64,000 nt of DNA from an uncultured Phycisphaerales bacterium (GTDB taxonomy: Bacteria > Planctomycetota > Phycisphaerae > Sedimentisphaerales > Anaerobacaceae), in NCBI GenBank assembly GCA_963772725.1, contig CAVYYI010000003.1, positions 288,001 through 352,000 of the forward strand. Direction: 5' to 3'. The notes under the pieces are model-generated. The model saw only the letters and a list, made by a program, of their open reading frames with translations, did not search any database and had not been told where the DNA came from. Each line of letters opens with the position of its first letter. Position 1 is the stretch's first letter. The position numbers and the translations under genes are program-made. Shown here piece after piece: positions 10,604 to 19,874 of the stretch.

Positions 10604-11692
10604 ATGCCCTGGGGGGGCCTAAAGATGCGATGCTATGAATGCTGGAAATCTGTCGCTGCATGGATATGCGGGATTATAGTTTTGGGGGGCGCTGTTTCTA
10701 TGTCCGGATGCCATAGTCCCGACGAACCGCGACTTCGTATGGGGGCTTATTTTGGTTCACCTACTGGGATGAGTTTCCCTAATGTGGAAAATCTTGGCAG
10801 GCACAGTTTCAAACACAGTATGGGTGAAAAGAACGGTATGGTTTATACCTGTCGGGGCGGATTTATCGATTTAGGCCATCTGCGGGAGGCAGCTGACCGG
10901 ACGGAATATATCGCTGGGATTTCTTATCAGAACTTAATACAAAACAAGGAAAAATTTTCATTCAGCACAATTGAACCATCTCGATATTGGGTAAAAGTGA
11001 GATACCCCCCAAACTGGAAGAGTCGTGATATAAAAGAAAAAACACAGATAGCCCATGAGGCTTCGATTTCACTTGGTCAGTACATTGCGCATAAAAGCAT
11101 GGTCTGGCACGAGATAATAACGTGGTATGGGTTTGCCTCGACCGGAATTTTTTCAGAAAAAATTTCATCCTTTTCGCCAGAAGACGGTTATTCGGACCTT
11201 CTCGGTACGGTTATCGCGGCAAGAGCGCTTCGAGACGTGGAATTGAAACGCGAAAGTCAATCGAAATATGATGAGGCGATGACAAGCCTGATATATAAGG
11301 CTCTGAAGGAACTGGACGCGCAGCCGCCGGGAGTGGGCCGCAAAGCTGAAAAGAAGATTGAAGGTAAATGGTTTACAGGCGGTTTATATTTTTTCGTGGA
11401 TATGAAAAAGCGTAATTTTGATATCGGGCTGGACAACGGTAAAATCGTTCCGTGGCTCGTCCAGGACATCTGTCCGAACACTGAACCTCAGGCATGTCCT
11501 GTTCCAAACATGGATTATCTTCTCCAGCACGGATTTAAGGTAGAAGTTGAAATAGACCCGAGAATATTGGAAAAAGACAAGATATATCGTGTCCTTCACC
11601 TAAAGGATGGAGAGAGTTTCATACGGCCAGAGGTTCACTTCCCGGAAATTATGGCAAGGATTCAAAACCAGGCAGTCGTAAAAAAAAACTGA
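10604..11692 (+). CDS. DUF4056-like lipoprotein, paralogue 1
   Basis: Lipobox MSGC; GMVYTCRGGFIDLGHLREAAD, WHEIITWYG, SSFSPEDGYSDLLG. Confidence 0.7.
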   Translation: MPWGGLKMRCYECWKSVAAWICGIIVLGGAVSMSGCHSPDEPRLRMGAYFGSPTGMSFPNVENLGRHSFKHSMGEKNGMVYTCRGGFIDLGHLREAADRTEYIAGISYQNLIQNKEKFSFSTIEPSRYWVKVRYPPNWKSRDIKEKTQIAHEASISLGQYIAHKSMVWHEIITWYGFASTGIFSEKISSFSPEDGYSDLLGTVIAARALRDVELKRESQSKYDEAMTSLIYKALKELDAQPPGVGRKAEKKIEGKWFTGGLYFFVDMKKRNFDIGLDNGKIVPWLVQDICPNTEPQACPVPNMDYLLQHGFKVEVEIDPRILEKDKIYRVLHLKDGESFIRPEVHFPEIMARIQNQAVVKKN

Positions 11693-11763
11693 TGGTCACG
11701 AAAAAGTGAAGCATATGGAAGAAAAATAAGCGTTAGAAAATCTAAAACAACAATGGAGACGAA

Positions 11764-12825
11764 ATGACAAACAAGCCAGGCAAGGGCAAATGTAAAAAAG
11801 CACATAGTATCATAAACAAAGCGGCGTATTTTTGGATTTTTGTTCTCATAATTACGGCGACAGGATGCAGTTTAGACGGCGGCCCAAGAGCAAGGCTCGG
11901 ATGCCTGCCGACGGCTATGTTTGCTAATCCTGATAACCTGGGGACGCATAACTACACTATGCCTTTTACCGAGTCAAGCGGGATTGTTTACACTTGCAGG
12001 GGCGGGAGTATTGACCTGGATCACATACGGGGAAACGCGGATAACACGAGGTATCTTTTCAAGAAAATCAGCAAGACATTATCGAAAGAAAATAAGGGAT
12101 TTTCCTTTTCACTGACTGGGGAATCTTCCGTGCATAAGATTCAGTTTACATATCCGAAAGACTGGGAGAGCAGGCCGAATAAAGACAAGATTATCGAGGA
12201 AATTGCTTATGGGACAGCACCATATATAGCGTTTAATGCGACGATTTGGCATGAAATTATGACGTGGTACGGGGTGCATTTTCTGCTGATTGAGCCAGAG
12301 TTTAATTCGGCTTTTTCGTGGGAAGATATTTATTCGAATATGGTGGGGATAACACTGAGCGTTGAGGCGATGAAAGATAAGCAGCACAGCTACAATGAGG
12401 CGATGACGATTCTGCTGAAAAAGCAGTTAAAGGGAATGCAGCTTCAGCCGGAAAGCGTGGCGATTCGGGCGACGCAGTCGGTTAAGGGCAAGTGGTGGGA
12501 CAAACATTTTGGTACTGATATGAAAATGAGAAACTTCGATATCGGTCTTGATGACGGTTTTGTTAGTCCATGTTTGATTCCTTGGGTGGCGGAATGTGGC
12601 AATAGTCAGCCTTTGCTGCTGGCAGCGCCGTCGCTGGCGACTTTGAAAAAATATGGCTTCTCGATGTCCCATGAGATTAAGCCGAAAATTCTTCTTCAGC
12701 AGGGACGAATATTCAAGGCGGCCAATACAAAAGCAAAAACAATAATACCGGAAAAAGATTTCCCTGCTATCATAAAGGCGATGAAGAAAGAGTCGATTGA
12801 ACTGGGTTACAAGTACAACGGGTAA
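11764..12825 (+). CDS. DUF4056-like lipoprotein, paralogue 2
   Basis: Lipobox ATGC; GIVYTCRGGSIDLDHIRGNAD, WHEIMTWYG, SAFSWEDIYSNMVG; collinear with paralogue 1. Confidence 0.7.
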   Translation: MTNKPGKGKCKKAHSIINKAAYFWIFVLIITATGCSLDGGPRARLGCLPTAMFANPDNLGTHNYTMPFTESSGIVYTCRGGSIDLDHIRGNADNTRYLFKKISKTLSKENKGFSFSLTGESSVHKIQFTYPKDWESRPNKDKIIEEIAYGTAPYIAFNATIWHEIMTWYGVHFLLIEPEFNSAFSWEDIYSNMVGITLSVEAMKDKQHSYNEAMTILLKKQLKGMQLQPESVAIRATQSVKGKWWDKHFGTDMKMRNFDIGLDDGFVSPCLIPWVAECGNSQPLLLAAPSLATLKKYGFSMSHEIKPKILLQQGRIFKAANTKAKTIIPEKDFPAIIKAMKKESIELGYKYNG

Positions 12826-12843
12826 GCGGGAAAGGCGTTCAGT

Positions 12844-13920
12844 TTAAGGCGATGTTGTTTCAGGCGCTATTTTAATCTCCCCTGCAGCTGGTGGCTGGGG
12901 AATGGGTACTAATTTAAATTTTAGTTCGACGGGTTGTTTATTTTGCAGTTCTATTTCGCCTGAACGGACGTATTCTTCAGGAAGATTATAAACCACAATC
13001 CGTTTAATAAAAGGCTCAGTGGACTGCGTGTCCTTGTCCTGAATTTCCAGTACAATCTGGTAGGTCATACTTTCATATTTCTGTTTGGCTTCAAGGGTTG
13101 CCTTGATAGGTATAGTGCGTATAACATCAGCGAGGTTATCTTTATCGGGTACCACAAGGTATTTGCCCTGCAAAGTCGGACTTAATAAAAAACCAAGTTT
13201 GGCGCCGGTTATGTTGTAAACTTTGCGAGGGTCTTCTTCGGGAGGAATTATAATTTTGACGGTTTCCGCTGCGGACCTTCTCTGGTTCGTGGCCAATTCA
13301 ATATACGGATTTTTTGTAATACCTGATAAAGCCTGTGTGGTTTCTCCGCGGTCCAAGGTAACTTTTGCGACGCATTTTTCGCCCTGCCAGTCGGCGGGAA
13401 CGTACATTTCAATCTGAGCAGGTTCGATGGTTGCGGTTGTTACGAGTCGCCCATCCTCACCATAGCATTTTATCGGCAGCATTTTTTTAACAAGCTGTCG
13501 AATGTTTACAGTCAATTTGTCCGGCTGGCAGGACTCAACTGCAAAGCCAAGATTTTTAATTGCTTCGCTTTTTTTAAGAAAATCGACAACATCAAGATTA
13601 TATCTTCCCGGGCTGCTCATGCCTTTTTCCTGTTCCGGAACGAGGTAGAATTCGAGGGTTTTGGAGCCCTCACTTAGTTTCCGTTCTTCCTGGGCAATTT
13701 TCGATGAGGGACCCTTAACGACAATATTTATGATTGTAACGGAAGGTTCATTATTCTCTCCGAAAGTTACCCAAAGATTAGGGTTGGTTGATTTGGCGAC
13801 ACTCAGCGAAGCACTGGGAATTTTCCAATCGACTGTTTTGGCCAAATCCGCGGTTATCCAAATCAAACAGGTCAGAAAAACAACTATCAGGATTTTAACG
13901 TAATTAATCTTTTTTTTCAT
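12844..13920 (-). CDS. CdaR/YbbR-like membrane-anchored protein
   Basis: N-terminal TM helix (ILIVVFLTCLIWITA), beta-rich repeats, located directly downstream of cdaA. Confidence 0.55.
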   Translation of the reverse strand: MKKKINYVKILIVVFLTCLIWITADLAKTVDWKIPSASLSVAKSTNPNLWVTFGENNEPSVTIINIVVKGPSSKIAQEERKLSEGSKTLEFYLVPEQEKGMSSPGRYNLDVVDFLKKSEAIKNLGFAVESCQPDKLTVNIRQLVKKMLPIKCYGEDGRLVTTATIEPAQIEMYVPADWQGEKCVAKVTLDRGETTQALSGITKNPYIELATNQRRSAAETVKIIIPPEEDPRKVYNITGAKLGFLLSPTLQGKYLVVPDKDNLADVIRTIPIKATLEAKQKYESMTYQIVLEIQDKDTQSTEPFIKRIVVYNLPEEYVRSGEIELQNKQPVELKFKLVPIPQPPAAGEIKIAPETTSP

Positions 13921-13979
13921 TTGAATTTTATTTTAGCACTTCAGCTAATCGACATCATACGTGATACGTTCAAAAAGAG

Positions 13980-14798
13980 CTAAAGGTTTAAATCGCCGGA
14001 CGAATCTTCCTCCAAAACTTCGGTTAAAAAACTCCTGAGCTGAGATTCAGTCAGATTTCGCTCCAGCTTTCCGTTCCTGGCGACAGAAATAATACCGGTT
14101 TCCTCGCTGACAACGACGACTACCGCGTCGGAGCTCATTGTTATGCCGATTGCCGCGCGGTGTCTTGAGCCGAGTTCCGCACCTTCAATACTGCCTTCTT
14201 CCGCCAAAGGAAGCTGAACACGTGCGGCGGCGATTTTATCCTTATTTATTATAACAGCCATATCGTGCAAAGGCGTGCCCGTCCAAAAAATGGTTTTGAG
14301 CAGTTCAGGTGAGACTTTGGCGTCAATTTTTATACCAGTTTCAATAAATTCGGCCAGCCCGACATTTTTTTCGATAACGATAATGGCGCCTGTTTTTGTG
14401 ATAGAAAGGTCTTTAACGGCGGTAATAATCTGGTTGAAAGTGTCCGCAGCCTGTCTCGGGGAACTCTTGAAAAAATCAGGTTGCCCAATACGCATAAGTA
14501 CGCGTCTGATTTCGGGCTGAAAACCGGCGACCGCAATGATGAAAATAAAAATAAGAAAACCTTTGTAGAGATATTGCAGTCGTTCGAAGCCAAACCGTTC
14601 AATGACAAGATTGAGGATTAAAACACCGATAAGAATAAAAATGACACCACGAAATAATCTTTCGCCGCGAGTACCTTCAAGAAAATCGACCGCCCAGTAA
14701 ACAAGCAGACCGATAAGGAATAATTCGATGCCCACTCTCCACCACTCATAACCCTCCAAACGTCTGAAATAGTCTATGAGTGTCTCCACAAGTCCCAA
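13980..14798 (-). CDS. cdaA: Diadenylate cyclase CdaA (3 TM + DAC domain)
   Basis: FQPEIRR, GAIIVIE, TPLHDMAVII, GSRHRAAIG, VVVSEETG. Confidence 0.92.
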   Translation of the reverse strand: MGLVETLIDYFRRLEGYEWWRVGIELFLIGLLVYWAVDFLEGTRGERLFRGVIFILIGVLILNLVIERFGFERLQYLYKGFLIFIFIIAVAGFQPEIRRVLMRIGQPDFFKSSPRQAADTFNQIITAVKDLSITKTGAIIVIEKNVGLAEFIETGIKIDAKVSPELLKTIFWTGTPLHDMAVIINKDKIAAARVQLPLAEEGSIEGAELGSRHRAAIGITMSSDAVVVVVSEETGIISVARNGKLERNLTESQLRSFLTEVLEEDSSGDLNL

Positions 14799-14858
14799 TC
14801 CTTTAGTATGTTTTTAATTTAAACCGGTTTTCATCCGTGAAATAGTAAATTGAGGTTA

Positions 14859-15140
14859 TCATGGAATCGTCAATTCATTCAAGGTGCTTGGTTTATCCAG
14901 AAGGAAAAATTTGTCAATATCCTGAATCATTTGCTCATGGTTTATTCGAGCGTTTCGTATATGCCTTCTGTTGCCTTCCGCTTCAGTTTCACCGAGTTGC
15001 GCACAGCCCTTTCCGCCCATGGGCGGTGTACATCGACACCCTGCAAACCAGACAGGCGAGACGCTCAATAAAATTACCAACACCACTAAAACTGAAGACC
15101 TTTTCATCATCATTCCCTCATTGAACTTTTCATCACCCAA
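14859..15140 (-). CDS. Small hypothetical lipoprotein
   Basis: Signal peptide with lipobox FAGC; co-oriented with cdaA. Confidence 0.6.
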   Translation of the reverse strand: MGDEKFNEGMMMKRSSVLVVLVILLSVSPVWFAGCRCTPPMGGKGCAQLGETEAEGNRRHIRNARINHEQMIQDIDKFFLLDKPSTLNELTIP

Positions 15141-15430
15141 GCCTTGTTACCGCGCTTAAGGTTTTTCCCGTTCTTAAACAGTCATTTGTTCGCTCACATT
15201 CAAAGAAAGCTCGGCAGCCCCTTAAGCTTTAACTTATTATATCAGTTGCAGATAGCGATGTCAATTCAAAAAAGCTGTATCGGTGAATTTTGAAAAATGT
15301 TTTTTGTGTGTGATGAATAATCCCTGCCAAAACCAAGGAAATGCGATTTTTCTGGGACGTAATTATGGCAAAAAAGCTTTTAACACAACTTTTACAGAAA
15401 ATTTGAAAATTCATCGAATAAATGCGGAAT

Positions 15431-16574
15431 TTAACGCAGTTTCAGGGTTGCGATGGCGACGGCGGCAAAAGCGGCCGCCAGAAGCCAGAACCGCACCACA
15501 ACCTGGGCTCACTCCAGCCGATAAGATGAAAATGATGATGAATAGGGGCACAGCGAAAGATGCGTTTGCCGCCGGTGTATTTGAAATAAGCCGACCTGAA
15601 AAACCACACTGGCAAGTTCGATAACAAAAACCCCGCCGATAATTAAAAGCAGGATTTCGTTTCTGGTAACAAGGGCGCCATAGCCCATAGCGGCCCCAAG
15701 CGGCAGTGAGCCAACATCGCCCATAAAGGTCTGGGCAGGGTGGCAGTTGAACCACAAAAAGCCCAGAACCGCACCGAGAATAGCGGAGTAAAAGATGCTC
15801 AGTTCTCCTGCGTGCGGAGATGTGCGGCAAAAGAAGGTAACTGGCCCAGGTCACCGAGCCTGTCTGGGTCATAGTCTCGGATGCCACATAGCACAGCAGC
15901 GCCAGAACGATACTGACAATACCCAGGCAGCCGGCGGCAAGGCCGTCCATCCCGTCGGTGAGGTTGACGGCGTTGCTGGTGGCGGAAATATAAAATATCG
16001 CGATAACATAAAAGCCAGCTGCGGCAGGGCAGGCCGTATTTATAAAAAGGAACCCAGAGCAATCTTGGCGTCGGCGATATTGGCGAAGTCGAGGTATATA
16101 AAAATGACGCGATAAGGACGGCGCCGCCAATCTGAAAGATGAGTTTTTCCCAGGGCTTTGAGGCCGTCTGCGGCTGCGCTGGCGAATATCGCTGGTAAGT
16201 TTGAGCCAGTCATCGACTGCGCCAAGAGCGCCGAACCAGATCATAAAAGATTACGGCCTTTTGAACAAAGGGATTGTTGAGCTTTGCCCAAAGCAGAGTG
16301 CTTGCCAGGACTGCAAGAATGATTATCAATCCGCCCATCGTAGGGGTATTGGCCTTTTGCTTTGTAAGCTCGTTGAGGGCTGTATGGATAAAATTCGGGC
16401 TTGTCACCGATCTTTTTTCTCATCAGCCAGCGAATAATTTTTGGGCCGAACAATATCGCGATCACAAAACTTGTTAATACAGCCGCCAAAGAGCGAAACA
16501 GCACATCCTGGTAGGCATAAAAACCCAATCTTGTGAAAAACATCACGAAAAAACCATAGCAAGTGGTAAATCAT
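15431..16574 (-). CDS. mraY: Phospho-N-acetylmuramoyl-pentapeptide transferase MraY; many frameshifts (about 8-10)
   Basis: Fragments across frames: [51 protein letters not shown], ending ATLKLR*. Confidence 0.88.
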
Positions 16575-16580
16575 TTTATA

Positions 16581-17945
16581 TTATGAGAAAAGTTCCAATA
16601 TTTTTTTAACGGCGAGTTCCAGTTTTACAGCCCTGGAACCTTTTACTAATATTATATCGTAATCTTTTATAAATTTGTCCAGATCTATCGCAAGCCGAAT
16701 TGACATTATCAAAACATTCAGCCTGTAAATTATAGTCCGCGGTTGCTTTTGGCGGCATCAGCGGCAATCCTCGAAAATTTTCCTACCGCCAGAACAAGTC
16801 TTACATTCGCTTTGGCGATAGCGAGCGCCTAATTCAGCGTGCAGTTGTTCGCTTTGACTGCCAAGCTCACCCATATCGCCGCAGATAAAAACAAGGCGTC
16901 CGTTCTCCACAGGGGTAATTTCGGCCAATATATCAAGAGCGTTTTTCATCGAAGCGGGATTGGCGTTATAACAATCATTCAGAACCGTTATATTGCCGGC
17001 TTTCAGCACCTCGGTTCGCATAGACACCACCGGCAGCGTCTTTACCGCATCGGCAAAATCATCAATAGTTATCCCCAGATTTTTACAAACGGCCCATGCA
17101 GCGAGCGTATTTTCTATATTGCCCCTGCCCGGCAACGGCAAATCAATTTGTGTGCCTTCGATAATAAAACTGCTCACGAAACTTTTAAGATTTACATCGC
17201 AGGCCTTTACCTGTGCGTTATCCATGATGCCGAAACCGATAAATGAAATATTTTTTTTGAGGCAGGCATTAACAAGGTTCGGGCAGTCGGCGTTTACTAT
17301 CAGGGTCCCGTTTTTTTTCAGGCCGAGAGCTATCGACATTTTTTCTCTGCGTTATTGCCTCAGGCTGCCGAAACCCTCAAGATGCGCGGGCTGCGCGGTG
17401 GTAATAACCGCTATATCCGGCTGAGCGATTTTAGTCAGATATTCAATTTCGCCAGGATGATTGCTGCCGAGTTCAGCGACGATAATTTCATCGTTCGGCT
17501 CAGCACTTAGCAATGTTACAGGCAGGCCGATATTATTGTTGAAGCTTTTGGGCGACTGCACCGTGCGGTATCGCAGGCTTAGAACATGATAAATAATCTG
17601 TCTTGTGGTAGTTTTGCCGACCGAGCCGGTTATTCCGACAACCCTGAAATTATTTCTTCGCCGATATTCCGCGGCGAAAAGACCGAGAGCCTTTATGGTG
17701 TCACCCACCTTTAGCAGTTTATCGCCGTGCAGGTCTTTACTGACAACGGCACAGGCCGCCCCTTTGGCAAACACCTCTTCAATATAATTATGCCCGTCAA
17801 AATTATCCCCCGCGATAGCGAAAAAACAGTTGCCCGGCTCAACCGACCGCGAATCGCTGCTCACGCCGCTAAATGTGCCTTTAACATTTTTCGCCGTCTT
17901 GGCATTTATTATTTTTGCCAGTTCGCTGATTTGAAATTGGTTCAT
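16581..17945 (-). CDS. murF: UDP-MurNAc-tripeptide:D-Ala-D-Ala ligase MurF; several frameshifts
   Basis: GITGSVGKTTT, SFNNNIGLP, AHLEGFGS, NDCYNANPASM, GDMGELG, C-terminal LVKGSR. Confidence 0.9.
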
Positions 17946-19384
17946 TTTCCGTTTTCCAGGGCGGCAAGGGCGACTTCCTTATCGTTGAAATGAAACTTTT
18001 CGTTTCCGATTATCTGGTAAGTTTCGTGACCTTTTCCGGCAATGATTACGATGTCACCAGGAGCGGCAAATTTAATAGCCAGTTCAATCGCTTTTTTCCG
18101 GTCGGGTTCAACGGTAATTGTTTGAGCCGTGGGGTTTTTAAATCCTGTGATTATTTCGCCTATTATAAATTCAGGCTGCTCTGTTCGCGGATTGTCGGAG
18201 GTAACAATTACCAAATCCGCCAGGTGTTCGGCAACGGCGGCCATTCGAGGTCGTTTCGTGCGGTCCCTGTTTCCGCCGCAGCCGAAGACAACTATCAGCT
18301 TGCCCTTGCAAAGCGGTTTCAGCGTGGAAAGAACGTTCTTCAAAGCATCGTCTGTATGAGCATAATCGACGAGGACGGAAAAATCGCCCTCCCAGTCAAC
18401 TTTTTCGAGCCTTCCGGGGACATTTTTAAGAGCCGCTAAACCACCGGCGACAGTTTGCAGGCTAAATCCCGCTGCCAGGCACAGTCCAGCCGCCGCCAGA
18501 GAATTACTGACATTGTGCCTGCCGAACAAAGAGGTCTTTACCTTTATTTTTTGTTTGGTGTATTCGAGGACAAACTGTGTTCCGGTCATATCCATAGATT
18601 CAATATGTGCCGAGAGGTCCGCTGAATCGTCGACGGCGTACCAAAGAATCTTCGCTCTTGTTTTTTTAGCGACAGCCGAGGCATGCAGCGACTCCTTATT
18701 TAATACCGCTGTTGCGCCAGGGGACAAATTTTCGAAAAGCAGGCTTTTGGCTGCAAGATATTCCTGCTCGGTCTTGTGGTAATCCATGTGGTCGCCTGAA
18801 AGATTTGTAAATGCGGCGGCTTTAAAATCGACTGCGGCAAGCCGATTCTGAATAATGGCGTGACTGCTGGCTTCAATGGCCATATACTTTGCGCCAGCCT
18901 GCACCATTTGTTCGGTCATCTCGGCAAGTTTCAGGCAGTCAGGTGTTGTCAGAGACGAATCGAAAGTTTTCAGTCCCGTGTCGTAAAGTATTGTGCCGAT
19001 GAGGCCGCACTTTTGCCCAGCCTGCTGAATTATCGAGCGAACAAGAAATGCGACGGTGGTTTTGCCTTTTGTGCCGGTAACTACGAGGTTGGTTAATTTT
19101 GACGCGGGGTTGCCTCTCAGTGCCTGTGCGAGGATAGCGGCTGCAACCGCGGAATTTTCAACGAGAACGATTTCGGCATTTTTGCAATTGGGCGTCTTTT
19201 CACAGACGATGTATTTTGCCCCCCTGGTCAGGGCGGAAGAAATAAAATCATGACCGTCACAGGCGGAGCCTTTTATAGCGACAAAGATACCGCCGGGGTT
19301 GACGAGCCTCGAATCTATGCATACACCCGAAACACTTTTTCTGGAAATCAAATCCAGCAAACCATCCAGGGTCATATTTATCAC
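17942..19384 (-). CDS. murE: UDP-MurNAc-dipeptide:meso-DAP ligase MurE
   Basis: TGTKGKTT, LTTPD, EASSHA, DYAHT, FGCGGNRD, DNPR (m-DAP specificity), GKGHE. Confidence 0.95.
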   Translation of the reverse strand: MINMTLDGLLDLISRKSVSGVCIDSRLVNPGGIFVAIKGSACDGHDFISSALTRGAKYIVCEKTPNCKNAEIVLVENSAVAAAILAQALRGNPASKLTNLVVTGTKGKTTVAFLVRSIIQQAGQKCGLIGTILYDTGLKTFDSSLTTPDCLKLAEMTEQMVQAGAKYMAIEASSHAIIQNRLAAVDFKAAAFTNLSGDHMDYHKTEQEYLAAKSLLFENLSPGATAVLNKESLHASAVAKKTRAKILWYAVDDSADLSAHIESMDMTGTQFVLEYTKQKIKVKTSLFGRHNVSNSLAAAGLCLAAGFSLQTVAGGLAALKNVPGRLEKVDWEGDFSVLVDYAHTDDALKNVLSTLKPLCKGKLIVVFGCGGNRDRTKRPRMAAVAEHLADLVIVTSDNPRTEQPEFIIGEIITGFKNPTAQTITVEPDRKKAIELAIKFAAPGDIVIIAGKGHETYQIIGNEKFHFNDKEVALAALENGK

Positions 19385-19440
19385 CGACCTAAACCTGAAA
19401 AAAACTTCCGTGTTTTTACTTTCCGCGCAATATAGCAGGC

Positions 19441-19578
19441 TTATGCGAAATCGGCGGTTGCTTTGCGGCCTACGCTGCGTCTCCTGTTGAGCGTTTTACG
19501 GCCCCAGTGCGACTTCATACGTTTTCTGAAACCACTCTTACGCAGCTTTTTAATCTTACTTATACGATGATTTTTCAA
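19441..19578 (-). CDS. rpmH: 50S ribosomal protein L34 (45 aa, absent from ORF track)
   Basis: AGGAG SD then TTG start: MKNHRISKIKKLRKSGFRKRMKSHWGRKTLNRRRSVGRKATADFA*; L34 pattern GFRxRM..GR..L.RRR..GR. Confidence 0.88.
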   Translation of the reverse strand: MKNHRISKIKKLRKSGFRKRMKSHWGRKTLNRRRSVGRKATADFA

Positions 19579-19649
19579 GGTTCTTCTCCTGCTAAAAATT
19601 ACCGGAATATTCTAATTATCTGTCTTAATCCTAAAATCTTAAAAAAGGC

Positions 19650-19677
19650 ATTATACCATCAAACCATATTATTTCAA
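19650..19677 (-). promoter_or_regulatory. Putative sigma70 promoter for rpmH-murE-murF-mraY
   Basis: Minus strand TTGAAA-N16-TATAAT with extended TG. Confidence 0.6.
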
Positions 19678-19792
19678 GTTATTAAAATAGAGCATTTGAC
19701 TTCGCTTTGGCTTTGTGTAATATATTAAGATAACCGTACCGGATGAACCAGTCTGCAATATGGCGGTAAATCGCAGGTATGGCCTGTTTTTT

Positions 19793-19867
19793 GGTGAGAG
19801 TAGCTCAGTTGGATAGAGCATCGGATTGTGGTTCCGAGGGTCGCGGGTTCGAATCCCGTCTTTCACC
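19793..19867 (+). tRNA. tRNA-His (GTG), G-1 encoded, CCA not encoded
   Basis: Acceptor GTGAGAG/CTTTCAC, D arm GCTCAGTTGGATAGAGC, anticodon arm TCGGA-TTGTGGT-TCCGA, T arm GCGGGTTCGAATCCCGT, G-1:C73. Confidence 0.96.
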
Positions 19868-19874
19868 CTTTATA

